Source: an uncultured Gemmatimonadales bacterium
Lineage (GTDB): Bacteria > Gemmatimonadota > Gemmatimonadetes > Gemmatimonadales > GWC2-71-9
Assembly: GCA_963795085.1 (NCBI GenBank)
Contig: CAWCFX010000004.1
Coordinates: 512,001-576,000, forward strand
DNA: 64,000 nt
Direction of reading: 5' to 3'
Under the pieces are notes generated by a model. The model was not told the origin of the DNA and searched no databases. It saw only the letters and a program-made list of their open reading frames with translations. The translations under genes were made by a program, and so were the position numbers. Positions 8,510 through 17,801 of the stretch are shown in pieces (the first letter of the stretch is position 1; the number at the start of each line of letters is the position of its first letter).

Positions 8510-10549
8510 ATGAACTACCCACCCTCCCGGCAGGACCCCGTCACCGAAATCTTGCACGGCCACCTGGTCGACGATCCCTACCGCTGGCTGGAAGAGGACG
8601 GCAGCGCCGAAACCCTGGAATGGACCCGGCAGCAGAACGCCGCCACCGAGTCCTACCTCGCCGGCGTCCCCGGGCGCCAGCGAATCCGCGCACGGCTGGA
8701 GGAGCTGCTCGCCATCGGGGCCATCAGCGTCCCGGTTCCCGCCAGCGGCCGCTACTTCTACCAACTGCGTGAAGGCGGGCAGGACCAGCCCGTGCTCCTG
8801 GTCCGCGACGGCCTGGCCGGGGCCGATCGCCCCCTGGTCGATCCCAACCGGATCAACGCCGATGGCACCACTGCGCTGGACTGGTTCTACCCGAGCGAGG
8901 ATGGGTCGCTGCTCGCCTTCGGACTGTCGGAAGACGGCAGCGAGGAGAGCGTCCTCCACGTGATGGACGCAGCTACCGGGTCGCTCCGGCCCGACCGGAT
9001 CCCGCACACCCGCGCGGCCGATCTTGCCTGGCTCCCCGATAATTCCGGGTTCTACTACACCCGCTACCCCGCTCCGGGCCAGGTCGCCGGCGGCGAGGAG
9101 CACTACCACCGCGCGGTATACTTTCACCGGCTCGGCGCCGACCCCGCGCAGGATCCGCTGGTTTACCAGCCGGACCACAAGGAATACTGGCCCGGAGTGG
9201 ACCTCTCGCCCAATGGGCGTTGGTTGTTGATTTCGGTGGCCCGCACCTTCGACCAGACCGACGTCTATATCCAGGACCGCGTCGCCGCCGGCCCGCTGGT
9301 CGTGATCGCGAAGGACCTCGACGCGTCTTTCGACACGGCCGTAGTCCGGGAGCGGCTGTACCTCCGGACCAACCTCGACGCGCCCAACTATCGCGTGTTC
9401 GTGGCCGACCCCGAGCACCCGGAGCGGCCCAACTGGCGGGAAATTGTTCCTTCCCGTCCCGACGCGGTCCTGGAGGGGATGGGAATTACCGGCGGTCACC
9501 TGGTCCTGACCTACGTCGAGCGGGCCTCCTCCCGGCTCACCATTGCGGATCTCGAAGGGCGCCCGGTGCGCGAGGTGGCACTCCCCGCAATCGGCAGCCT
9601 GTTCGGTATCGGGGTCGAATGGGACTCCTCGGAGCTGCTGGTCGGCTTCTCTTCGTTCACCTTGCCGCCGGCCATTTATCGAGTTCAACTGCCCGGGGCT
9701 GAGCCGGAACTGTGGCGGCAGGTTGCCGTGGACATCGACCCGGGCCGATTTGCCGTCGAGCAGGTGAGTTACGCCTCAAAGGACGGAACGGCGGTGACCA
9801 TGTTCATCGTCGCGCCGGGGGACCTGGAGCGGGACGGGAACCGGCCGGTCTACCTGACCGGGTACGGGGGATTCAACATCAGCATGCTGCCGGGATTCTC
9901 CCGTTCGATGCTCCTGTGGCTGGAGGCTGGGGGCGTGGTGGCGATTCCCAACCTCCGGGGCGGCGGCGAATACGGAGAAAGCTGGCACCAGGCTGGCATG
10001 CTGGCCCACAAGCAGAACACGTTCGATGATTTCATCGCGGCCGCGGAGTACCTCGTGCGCGAACGATATACCTCACCCGGGCGCCTGGCGGTGGCCGGCG
10101 GTTCCAATGGCGGGCTCCTGATGGGGGCGGTGCTGACGCAGCGTCCCGACCTGTTCCGGGCCGTGATCATCCAGGTGCCGCTGCTCGACATGCTTCGCTA
10201 CCACCTGTTTCTGATCGCCCGGCTCTGGATCCCGGAGTATGGCTCTCCCGATGTCCCGGAAGAATTCGAGTGGCTGCGCGCGTATTCCCCCTACCATCAC
10301 GTCAGGGAAGGCACCCCCTATCCGGCGGTCCTCCTTGCCACCGCGGAGTCCGATACCCGGGTCCACCCCATGCATGCACGGAAAATGACTGCCCGCCTGC
10401 AGGCCGCGACCGGGTCCGGCCATCCGGTGCTCCTGCGGCTGGAAACCCAGGCCGGACACGGCGCCGGCAAGCCGGTTTCCAAGCTGGTGGAAGAACTGAC
10501 CGACAGCTGGACGTTCGTGTTCAGGGAACTGGGCATGGACGTCCCGTAG
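8510..10549 (+). CDS. Prolyl oligopeptidase (S9A)
   Basis: DPYRWLE, YGGF, RGGGEYG, GGSNGG, DTRV, AGHG; ATG 8510 chosen as start. Confidence 0.95.
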   Translation: MNYPPSRQDPVTEILHGHLVDDPYRWLEEDGSAETLEWTRQQNAATESYLAGVPGRQRIRARLEELLAIGAISVPVPASGRYFYQLREGGQDQPVLLVRDGLAGADRPLVDPNRINADGTTALDWFYPSEDGSLLAFGLSEDGSEESVLHVMDAATGSLRPDRIPHTRAADLAWLPDNSGFYYTRYPAPGQVAGGEEHYHRAVYFHRLGADPAQDPLVYQPDHKEYWPGVDLSPNGRWLLISVARTFDQTDVYIQDRVAAGPLVVIAKDLDASFDTAVVRERLYLRTNLDAPNYRVFVADPEHPERPNWREIVPSRPDAVLEGMGITGGHLVLTYVERASSRLTIADLEGRPVREVALPAIGSLFGIGVEWDSSELLVGFSSFTLPPAIYRVQLPGAEPELWRQVAVDIDPGRFAVEQVSYASKDGTAVTMFIVAPGDLERDGNRPVYLTGYGGFNISMLPGFSRSMLLWLEAGGVVAIPNLRGGGEYGESWHQAGMLAHKQNTFDDFIAAAEYLVRERYTSPGRLAVAGGSNGGLLMGAVLTQRPDLFRAVIIQVPLLDMLRYHLFLIARLWIPEYGSPDVPEEFEWLRAYSPYHHVREGTPYPAVLLATAESDTRVHPMHARKMTARLQAATGSGHPVLLRLETQAGHGAGKPVSKLVEELTDSWTFVFRELGMDVP

Positions 10550-10640
10550 CGGCGGGTCACCCTATCGGGGCTGTGTCTTGCCCGGTACATTCCGACTCGT
10601 CGCCCACGCCGTGGGATGATCCCTGCCATGGAGGACCGTT

Positions 10641-11348
10641 ATGCCAGGCCCGCTCCGCCGCGCCGGTTTCGTCGCGCTCGCCTTGATCCTTGCCGGCCCC
10701 GTGACGGCGGCAGCCCAGGGCGAACGACTCCTGACGCTCCAGGATGTCAGCCCCGGCCTGGCCCGTCTCCTCGGCAACACTCCGCTCGATTTCGTCGCGG
10801 CGGCCCGCATTACCTACGGCCACACCGGCCAGGCCAGCTACGACGAGTTCTTTCGCAGTTCGGCGATCTCCTACGGTGGTTTTCATGTGGGGCAGAAGCT
10901 GACCGACAACGCCACGCTCAATCTCAAGAAATACGCCCGCAGCAAGGCTGCGGTCGCCTCACTGCAGGAAGAGATCGCCGCGCTCACCCAGGGCGCTGAT
11001 ACTTCCGAGTGGACTACCGAACAATCCTTCGCCGTGCTCCAGGCCGCCAAGAAGAAAGACGAGTTGACCGGCGAAGAGCGGGACTACATGCTGGCCACCG
11101 CGGTCAATGTGGCGGCCACCATTCCAGTCGTCGAGGCGGCCACCTCGTCGGCCACTGACCTTACCGGCGCGGCTCCGGGGCTGATCAGCAATGCCCGCTC
11201 CGCGTTCGGCGCACTCAAGGCGGCCGGGGTTGCCCGCAGCGTCAGGCAGAGCGCCGACCGGGTCTCCACGATTCCAGCCCGGGCTCCCCGGCTGCTCGAA
11301 TCGCTGGCCGTGCTCTCCCGCGGGCTGGCCATGCTCAATGAGAACTAG
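10641..11348 (+). CDS. Secreted, probably helical hypothetical protein
   Basis: GGAGG RBS, signal peptide ending AAAQ, typical codon usage; overlaps the next gene. Confidence 0.75.
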   Translation: MPGPLRRAGFVALALILAGPVTAAAQGERLLTLQDVSPGLARLLGNTPLDFVAAARITYGHTGQASYDEFFRSSAISYGGFHVGQKLTDNATLNLKKYARSKAAVASLQEEIAALTQGADTSEWTTEQSFAVLQAAKKKDELTGEERDYMLATAVNVAATIPVVEAATSSATDLTGAAPGLISNARSAFGALKAAGVARSVRQSADRVSTIPARAPRLLESLAVLSRGLAMLNEN

Positions 11349-12288
11349 GCGGCCCGCCAGGACGGACGGCGCGGCCGTTTTCCTTCTCCTGGCCCTGGTC
11401 ACGGCTGGTGCCAATGCCCAGCGCCCTCGGCCTGCCCCTCTCGCCCTGCCCGCCGGCTGGAACGATTCCTACTTTGCCCGGCTGGACGAAGGACGCAAGC
11501 CCAAGACCGTAGTCGCCGTGATGGACTTCACCGGCGGCGAATCGCTGGAGGCGCGGCTGCGCCTCCGCATGGCGGACGCGCTGGTCACCTCGCTGGTGCA
11601 GGCCGGCCGGTTCGACGTGGTCGAGCGGGAACGGCTTGACCTGGTACTGAGTGAACAGAACCTGGGGCAGTCCGGCCGGGTGGACCCCGCCACCGCCGCG
11701 CGGGTCGGCCGCATCCTGGGCGCCGAGCTGGTGGTGTTCGGGCTGGTCACCGGGGCCACCGAGCAGAAGATCGACAAGTTCTCCTACGACCTGGTCCGGA
11801 TCGAAGTCTCGATCGACGTCCGCGCCGTCAACGTGTCCACCGGGCGGGTGGTGATCTCCGAGAACGCCAGGGGCGCGGCGGAGGCCCGCGTGATTACCAC
11901 CGCCAGCGGCGAGGTGGTAAGCGGCCCCACCAATTTCGACCCGTTGTATCACGAAGCATCCCGGACCGCACTGGACCGCGCCGCGGCGCTGGTGTCCGGC
12001 GCGGCGCCGCTGGTCGGCTACGTGGTAGCCCGAAGCGGGCCGGGTGTCACGCTGGACCTCGGGGAAGACCGGGGTGTGAAAGCGGGAGACGGCTTTATCG
12101 CCTTTCGCCGCGGCAATCCAATTCTGCATCCCGTGAGCGGAGAGCGGATCGGCTGGGAGAAGACCGTGCTGGCGGCCCTCGAAGTGACCGCGACCGAAGC
12201 CGACCTGTCACAGGCCCGGATCGTCAACGCCGCCCCCGGTGCCGACCTCAAACCGGGCGACTTGGTCATCTTCCGGCCCAGTCCCTGA
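11338..12288 (+). CDS. CsgG/HfaB-family protein with FlgT-like C-terminal domain
   Basis: VAVMDF, RFDVVERERLDLVLSEQ, AARVGRILGAELVVFG; C-terminal LDLGEDRGVKAGD and LKPGDLV. Confidence 0.85.
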   Translation: MRTRRPARTDGAAVFLLLALVTAGANAQRPRPAPLALPAGWNDSYFARLDEGRKPKTVVAVMDFTGGESLEARLRLRMADALVTSLVQAGRFDVVERERLDLVLSEQNLGQSGRVDPATAARVGRILGAELVVFGLVTGATEQKIDKFSYDLVRIEVSIDVRAVNVSTGRVVISENARGAAEARVITTASGEVVSGPTNFDPLYHEASRTALDRAAALVSGAAPLVGYVVARSGPGVTLDLGEDRGVKAGDGFIAFRRGNPILHPVSGERIGWEKTVLAALEVTATEADLSQARIVNAAPGADLKPGDLVIFRPSP

Positions 12289-12293
12289 CGAAC

Positions 12294-12357
12294 CACGCTT
12301 CTCACCTCGTACCTCGTACCTCTCACCTCTCACCTCTCACTTCTCACTTCCACACCT
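12294..12357. repeat. Heptamer tandem micro-array (CTCACCT/CGTACCT/CTCACTT), about 8 units
   Basis: CACGCTT CTCACCT CGTACCT CGTACCT CTCACCT CTCACCT CTCACTT CTCACTT. Confidence 0.9.
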
Positions 12358-12374
12358 TGTCACCGTCACCTCAC

Positions 12375-12971
12375 ATGCCGCCAGAGAAGGATGAACTCCG
12401 CCACCAGCTGCTGGCTCGCCGGGACGCGGAACCGGACCGGGAATCGCGCAGCCGCCTGATTCAGGATCGGCTTCTCGTCCTGCCGGAGTTCGACCGGGCC
12501 GAGCGGGTCCTGACGTATATCGGTGTCAAGAGCGAAGTGGGGACGGAGAGGATCGTGCAGGAAGCGCTGCGGCGGAGCAAGCGGGTGGCTGTGCCCTACG
12601 TAGCCGGGGATGTCTTGCGGGCTGCGTACATCTCCTCGCCGGCTGAACTCGCGCCCGCCGGGTTCGGGTTGCTCGAGCCCCTCATCGCGGTGCGGGAAGA
12701 CCCGGCCCGGCATTGCGCCCTCGAGACGGTGGACCTGTTCGTGGTGCCGGGGGTGGGTTTTGACCGCCGGGGAGGCCGCCTCGGTCACGGACGGGCGTAC
12801 TACGATCGCATGCTGGCAGGGTCCGGCCGCGGGGCCCGGTTCATCGCCGTGGCCTTTGCATGCCAGGTGGTCCCGGTGATTCCCATGACGCCGACCGACG
12901 TATATGTCCATGCGATCGTGACCGAACGCGAGACGGTCAGGCCGGCCGGCCCGCCGCCAGAAAGTTCCTGA
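12375..12971 (+). CDS. 5-formyltetrahydrofolate cyclo-ligase
   Basis: SEVGT, VPGVGFDRRGGRLGHGRAYYDR, IVTE. Confidence 0.93.
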   Translation: MPPEKDELRHQLLARRDAEPDRESRSRLIQDRLLVLPEFDRAERVLTYIGVKSEVGTERIVQEALRRSKRVAVPYVAGDVLRAAYISSPAELAPAGFGLLEPLIAVREDPARHCALETVDLFVVPGVGFDRRGGRLGHGRAYYDRMLAGSGRGARFIAVAFACQVVPVIPMTPTDVYVHAIVTERETVRPAGPPPESS

Positions 12972-13512
12972 GCAGGTCATATCCCGACTGCGTCAGCACC
13001 GACTCGGGATGGAACTGGACGCCGCTGACCGGATATTGCCGGTGGGCGACTCCCATGATTTCGCCGTCCGGCGCGGTGGCCGTGACCCGGAGAACCCCAG
13101 GCAGATCCTTCTGGTTGATGGCCAGCGAGTGATAGCGCGTGGCGGTCAGCGGATTGGGCAGGCCTCGAAAGACATCGTCGCCCGAATGGCTGATGCTCGA
13201 CGTTTTACCGTGCATCGGCTGTCGGGAGCGCACGGTGGACCCGCCATACGCTTCCCCGATGCACTGGTGCCCCAGGCATACTCCCAGGATGGGCACGGTG
13301 GAGCCCAGTTCCCGGATCACGGCGGTGGAGACTCCCGCCTCCGCCGGCGTCCCGGGTCCCGGTGAAATGATGATATGCGAGGGGTGCATCGCCCCGATGT
13401 CGGCGGCCGCCAGGTCGTCGTTGCGGCGGACCGACGGGTCGCCGCCCAGCTCCCGCACATACCTCGCCAGGTTGAACACGAACGAATCGTAGTTGTCGAT
13501 CAGGAGGATCAC
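12937..13512 (-). CDS. pabA: Aminodeoxychorismate/anthranilate synthase component II
   Basis: IDNYDSF, ISPGPG, GVCLGHQ, RYHSL, QFHPES. Confidence 0.93.
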   Translation of the reverse strand: MILLIDNYDSFVFNLARYVRELGGDPSVRRNDDLAAADIGAMHPSHIIISPGPGTPAEAGVSTAVIRELGSTVPILGVCLGHQCIGEAYGGSTVRSRQPMHGKTSSISHSGDDVFRGLPNPLTATRYHSLAINQKDLPGVLRVTATAPDGEIMGVAHRQYPVSGVQFHPESVLTQSGYDLLRNFLAAGRPA

Positions 13513-14975
13513 GGTTCCACCGCCCGGATCAGGGCCTCGGCCTTGTCGAGGGTCTCCCGGTATTCCGCCTCCGGGTCGGAATCCGCGACGATGCCGCCCC
13601 CGGCGTGGAAATAAGCGCGGCCTTCCACGATGACATAGGTACGGATCAGGATGCTGCTGTCCATGTGACCCGTCAGGCTCCAGTAGCCCAGCGCGCCGGT
13701 ATAGGGCCCTCGCACCGTCGGCTCCAGCTCGGCGATGATCTCCATTGCCCGGATCTTGGGCGCGCCGGTAATGGAACCGCCGGGAAAGGTGGCATGGACC
13801 AGGTCAACCAGGGTCTTCCCCTTCTCCAGTGTGCCGGTCACCGTCGACACCAGGTGATGCACCGTGGGATGGCTCTCCAGGGCCAGCAGGGACGGGACCT
13901 CGACCGACCCCGGCGCGCAGACCCGCGACAAGTCATTCCGCAGCAGGTCCACGATCATCACGTTCTCGGCCTGGTCCTTGGCGCTGGCGACCAGGTCCTC
14001 GCGGAGGCGGGCGTCTTCCCGGAGCGATCCGCCGCGGGGACGGGTGCCCTTGATCGGCCGGGTCTCCACCGCGCGGGTGCCTGCGTCATAAAGGAGGAAG
14101 CGCTCCGGGGAGGCGCTGGCGATCACCGCTTCACCGAGGTCAAGCAATCCCCCAAAGGGCGCCGGGGTGATCGCCCGCAATCGTTCGTACAGCGCGAGAG
14201 GACTCTCCCCCAGAGGTGCATCGAACCGCTGCGAGAGGTTCACCTGGAACACGTCGCCCCGGAGAATGTACCGCACCACTTCGGCCACCGCGGCCCGATA
14301 CCGGTCGGCGGTGAACGAGGACCGCACCTGGCCCGCCAGCGGAAAGCTGGGTGCCAGCATGGTGCGCGACGTCACCTCACGCTGGTTCCGGCGGCCCGGC
14401 GCCCGAGCGGCCAGCGCCGACTGCACCAGGCGAAGCCGCTCCGCGGCACGCCGGGCGCGTGCCGGCCCCAGGTCAGGCAGCCCGGTGGAAACAATCCACG
14501 CCCGCCCGGCAAGATGGTCCCAGGCGATGGTCCAGTCGTACACACCGATACTGAGATCGGGGAGGTTGAGGTCATCGAATCGGGCCCGGGGAATCCGCTC
14601 CAGGCGGCGGCCATACTCGTACCCGATGAAGCCGATGGCTCCCCCCTGGAACGGGGGCAGTCCCGCCACCGGAGCCGCACCATAGGGAGCCATCTGGTCC
14701 CACACGGCCTGCACCGGGTCACCCGCCAGTTCGAGGACCTCTCCCCGGGCAGGAGTCGCCCGGGTGGTTCGCTCGCCACGGCACTGGATGAGGTAGACCG
14801 GATCGGCGGAAAGAAAGGAATAGCGGCTGGCGCCAGAAGCAGGCGCAGAACTGTCCAGGAATGCCAGGTGGGGCAGGCCGGCGAGCAGGGTCACGGCTTC
14901 CAGCGGCGCCGGCGGCGGGTTCAGCTCCAGGACGAGGGGCAGGTCATCCCCGAGGCCGGAGCCTCCAGCCTTCAT
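13509..14975 (-). CDS. pabB: Aminodeoxychorismate synthase component I
   Basis: PIKGT (PabB-type rather than the TrpE PIAGT), ENVMIVDLLRND, GSITGAPK, AGGGIV. Confidence 0.92.
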   Translation of the reverse strand: MKAGGSGLGDDLPLVLELNPPPAPLEAVTLLAGLPHLAFLDSSAPASGASRYSFLSADPVYLIQCRGERTTRATPARGEVLELAGDPVQAVWDQMAPYGAAPVAGLPPFQGGAIGFIGYEYGRRLERIPRARFDDLNLPDLSIGVYDWTIAWDHLAGRAWIVSTGLPDLGPARARRAAERLRLVQSALAARAPGRRNQREVTSRTMLAPSFPLAGQVRSSFTADRYRAAVAEVVRYILRGDVFQVNLSQRFDAPLGESPLALYERLRAITPAPFGGLLDLGEAVIASASPERFLLYDAGTRAVETRPIKGTRPRGGSLREDARLREDLVASAKDQAENVMIVDLLRNDLSRVCAPGSVEVPSLLALESHPTVHHLVSTVTGTLEKGKTLVDLVHATFPGGSITGAPKIRAMEIIAELEPTVRGPYTGALGYWSLTGHMDSSILIRTYVIVEGRAYFHAGGGIVADSDPEAEYRETLDKAEALIRAVEP

Positions 14976-15337
14976 GCCGGGGGAGCCGCGTTTCCGCTCA
15001 CAATAGGCTTGGGGGGGCCGCTCAGGGAACTTGAGGCTGGTGGGGTCCAGAGAACCGTATCCTCGATAAGTCGGGCGGCGTCGAAATCCAGCGCCGTGAT
15101 CCCTTCCGCCGTGTGGGTCCAGAGTCGCACGCCGACGCTGGACCAGGAGACGCTGAGATCAGGATGGTGCCCTGCCGCTTCACAGAGAAACCCGATCGCG
15201 TTCACGACCATGAGGGTGCTGCCCCACCCGCTTGTTGTATAGGTGCGCGACAGTGCCTGCCCGTCCTGCGCCCATCCGGGCAGGGTGTCGAGCCGGCGCG
15301 CGATGCCGGCACTATCCAGCGGGGTTTCTTTTCTCAT
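14972..15337 (-). CDS. phhB: Pterin-4-alpha-carbinolamine dehydratase
   Basis: EAAGHHPDL, LWTHTAEGITALD. Confidence 0.9.
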   Translation of the reverse strand: MRKETPLDSAGIARRLDTLPGWAQDGQALSRTYTTSGWGSTLMVVNAIGFLCEAAGHHPDLSVSWSSVGVRLWTHTAEGITALDFDAARLIEDTVLWTPPASSSLSGPPKPIVSGNAAPPA

Positions 15338-15346
15338 TGGACTCTC

Positions 15347-15844
15347 CTAGTCGGGCTGGAGCGTGGATCGGTAGTATGCGGCCTGGCCCACGCTCTCTTC
15401 CACCTCGATCTCCAGCATCGCCAGGTTCGCGAACCGCACCAGGTGAGGGCGCAATTGCTCCGCCAGGTACTGGGCGATCATCTCCGCCGTGGTGTTGGTG
15501 ATCGGGAGCAGGGCACAGTCCGCCCGGGGAAACACAAACCGGCGGTGGCCGAAATAGTCCACGACCAGGCTCTCGCCTTCTTCGCGGTATCCCAGCTTGG
15601 GGTTCTGGGCCGGCAGCAGCACCCGGTGGTCCATTGGCTTGATCAGCCCCCGCACCGCGTCCTTGAGAATCGCGAAATCCACGACGAAGGCGCATTCCGG
15701 GTCCACGTCCCCTTCGACCCTCACGCCGACTCGATAGTTATGGCCGTGGAGAGACTCGCACTGGTGGCCGGAGAAGGTGATGAAATGGGCCGAGGAAAAA
15801 GTAAGGTAGTCCTTGCTCACCACGACCTTGAACTGGTGCCCCAC
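15347..15844 (-). CDS. 6-pyruvoyl-tetrahydropterin synthase family (QueD/PTPS), CExxHGH type
   Basis: FSSAHF, CESLHGHNY, DF..LK, TTAE; GTG start at 15844. Confidence 0.9.
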   Translation of the reverse strand: MGHQFKVVVSKDYLTFSSAHFITFSGHQCESLHGHNYRVGVRVEGDVDPECAFVVDFAILKDAVRGLIKPMDHRVLLPAQNPKLGYREEGESLVVDYFGHRRFVFPRADCALLPITNTTAEMIAQYLAEQLRPHLVRFANLAMLEIEVEESVGQAAYYRSTLQPD

Positions 15845-15954
15845 ATGCCGCCTTCGACAAAGGTGAACGAAGAATATAGAGACGTCCCGTATGGAGGACA
15901 GAACCAATCCCCTAGGCTTCTCGTAAATCATTGCTGTACAATGACATAAATGGT

Positions 15955-15970
15955 TGGCACGGGGCTGGCA
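15955..15970 (+). promoter_or_regulatory. Possible sigma-54 promoter
   Basis: TGGCAC-GGGGC-TGGCA (GG-N10-GC), preceded by the palindrome TCATTG-N5-CAATGA. Confidence 0.45.
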
Positions 15971-16015
15971 CTAGGGGACGACAGTATCCGATTCGCCAAC
16001 GTAATGGAGGACACC

Positions 16016-16568
16016 ATGAAACGAATGATCAGCGCTGCTGCCCTGGCGCTTGCCGTCGCGGCCTTCAGTGGGATCAAAGCGGAGGCCCAGTCCAGGGATT
16101 CCAATTGGGATGACCGGGTAGGTCAGGTGTCGGGCCGGCCGGACTCCCGCCAGTCACAGAGAGTGGAATCACGGTCGGGGTCGTATTGGGGTGACCGGGT
16201 GGGCCAGGTTTCCGGCCGCCGGGTCGTCGTTCGGCAGCCGGCCCGAACCGTCTATCGGCCGTCCGGGCCAGTGTACCGAAACGCTCCGCGAGTCCTCGTG
16301 GTGGACCAGATTCACCAGCCCGGCAAGTGGTTCAAGCGGCATCGGAATGCGCGGGTAGTGACGGTATGGTACGACCGGGATCGGGCCCAGTACTACGATG
16401 CCTACCGGCCTGGACTCCGCGAAGTGGAGATCTACCGAGTGAACGGGCGCTATTTCGATCGCTATCCGGCCAGTCACTACCGGTCCAACGGAAGGGACCG
16501 GGACCGCGGACTACGACCGGGATCGGGATCGGGACCGCGATAGGGATCGCGACCGGAACGACGATTGA
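16016..16568 (+). CDS. Secreted Arg/Asp-rich low-complexity protein; probable +1 frameshift near 16508
   Basis: GGAGG RBS, signal peptide MKRMISAAALALAVAAF, duplicated WxDRVGQVSGR; the shifted frame continues DYDRDRDRDRDRDRDRNDD* to 16568. Confidence 0.65.
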
Positions 16569-16679
16569 AGGTGATCACGAAAGGAGCCGGCCGTTCTACT
16601 ACGCGGCTAAGCATTACCCGGCTGGCTCGCTAAACCTGTGGCTCCCCGCCACGGGTTCGAATAGCCCCGAAGTTCGGGG

Positions 16680-17217
16680 CTATTTGTTTGCCCCCTCGCC
16701 ATGGATTGGCTTGGTGTCGGAACCAAAGCGCTTCGCGACTGCCCTCAAGTAGCTGTCGATCGTGCCATGGTACCCCATTATTCTGGAAATGACCCGGAAG
16801 AAGGGATTGCCCACCCACCCGTCTTCGGTGATCGTGAGCCGGCTGCCGCTTCCCTCAGGGATTATGTCATAGGTCCAGGTGCCCCCAAACGGTGCTTTCC
16901 CTTCGGTCGCGATCCGCGTGACCAGTCGGCGGGGGGGATCCTCTGCCTCGATCACCAGGGGCAATTCAAAGCCGTTCTTCATCGCCTGGGTCCACGATTC
17001 CCGGTCTTGCCGGCGTGTCCCGCACCGAGGACACGATATCGGGCCAGAACGCGGGGACCTGGCCCAGGTCCCGCACGAGCGCCCAGACTTCCTCCGGTGT
17101 GGCGCTCAGGTCGATCCAGCTGGTGGCGCGGTGCTCTTTTGGGAGGACCAGGCCGACCAGGAACAGGACCAGGAGCAGCGCCAGGGCTCCGCCGACCAGC
17201 AGAAGGATCCATCGCAT
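16680..17217 (-). CDS. SRPBCC/polyketide-cyclase-fold membrane-anchored protein, frameshifted near 17013
   Basis: N-terminal half (TM, ATPEEVWALVRD) and C-terminal half (GGTWTY, LTITEDG) lie in different frames. Confidence 0.75.
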
Positions 17218-17303
17218 GGTTTTTCTCCGGTGGGCTCGACAGGGCTATGATTAGAAAGCAAGTATACAGCGGCCCCGCAGGGAGACAAGCACGGAGAGCA
17301 TGC

Positions 17304-17801
17304 ATGCCTGAGCACGCCTACCAGGTACCCGACGGCACCGATATCGGCCACGTCCATCTCAAGGTGGCGGACCTGGACCGTGCCCTCGCGTTCTATACCG
17401 GCGTCCTCGGTTTCCGGTTGATGACGCGGATGGGCCCCGGCGCCGCCTTCGTCTCGGCGGGCGGCTATCACCACCATATCGGCCTGAACACCTGGGAGAG
17501 CGCCGGAGGATCACCGCCGCCCGCCGGTCATTCCGGGCTGTATCACCTGGCCATTCGGTATCCCGCCCGGCGCGATCTCGCTGAGGTCCTCCGCCGGCTC
17601 CAGTCCGCGAAAGTTCCCCTCCAGGGCGCGGCCGATCATGGGGTGAGCGAAGCCCTGTACCTCGCCGACCCCGACCAGAACGGCGTGGAACTGTACTGGG
17701 ATCGCCCCCGGGACCAGTGGCCCGCCTCCCCGGACGGCTCCCTCACCATGTACACCAGGCCGCTGGACCTCGCCGGCCTGCTGGCCACCTTGAACCCATG
17801 A
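17304..17801 (+). CDS. VOC/glyoxalase family protein
   Basis: IGHVHLKVADL, AGGYHHHIGLNTW, DHGVSEALYLADPDQNGVELY. Confidence 0.92.
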   Translation: MPEHAYQVPDGTDIGHVHLKVADLDRALAFYTGVLGFRLMTRMGPGAAFVSAGGYHHHIGLNTWESAGGSPPPAGHSGLYHLAIRYPARRDLAEVLRRLQSAKVPLQGAADHGVSEALYLADPDQNGVELYWDRPRDQWPASPDGSLTMYTRPLDLAGLLATLNP

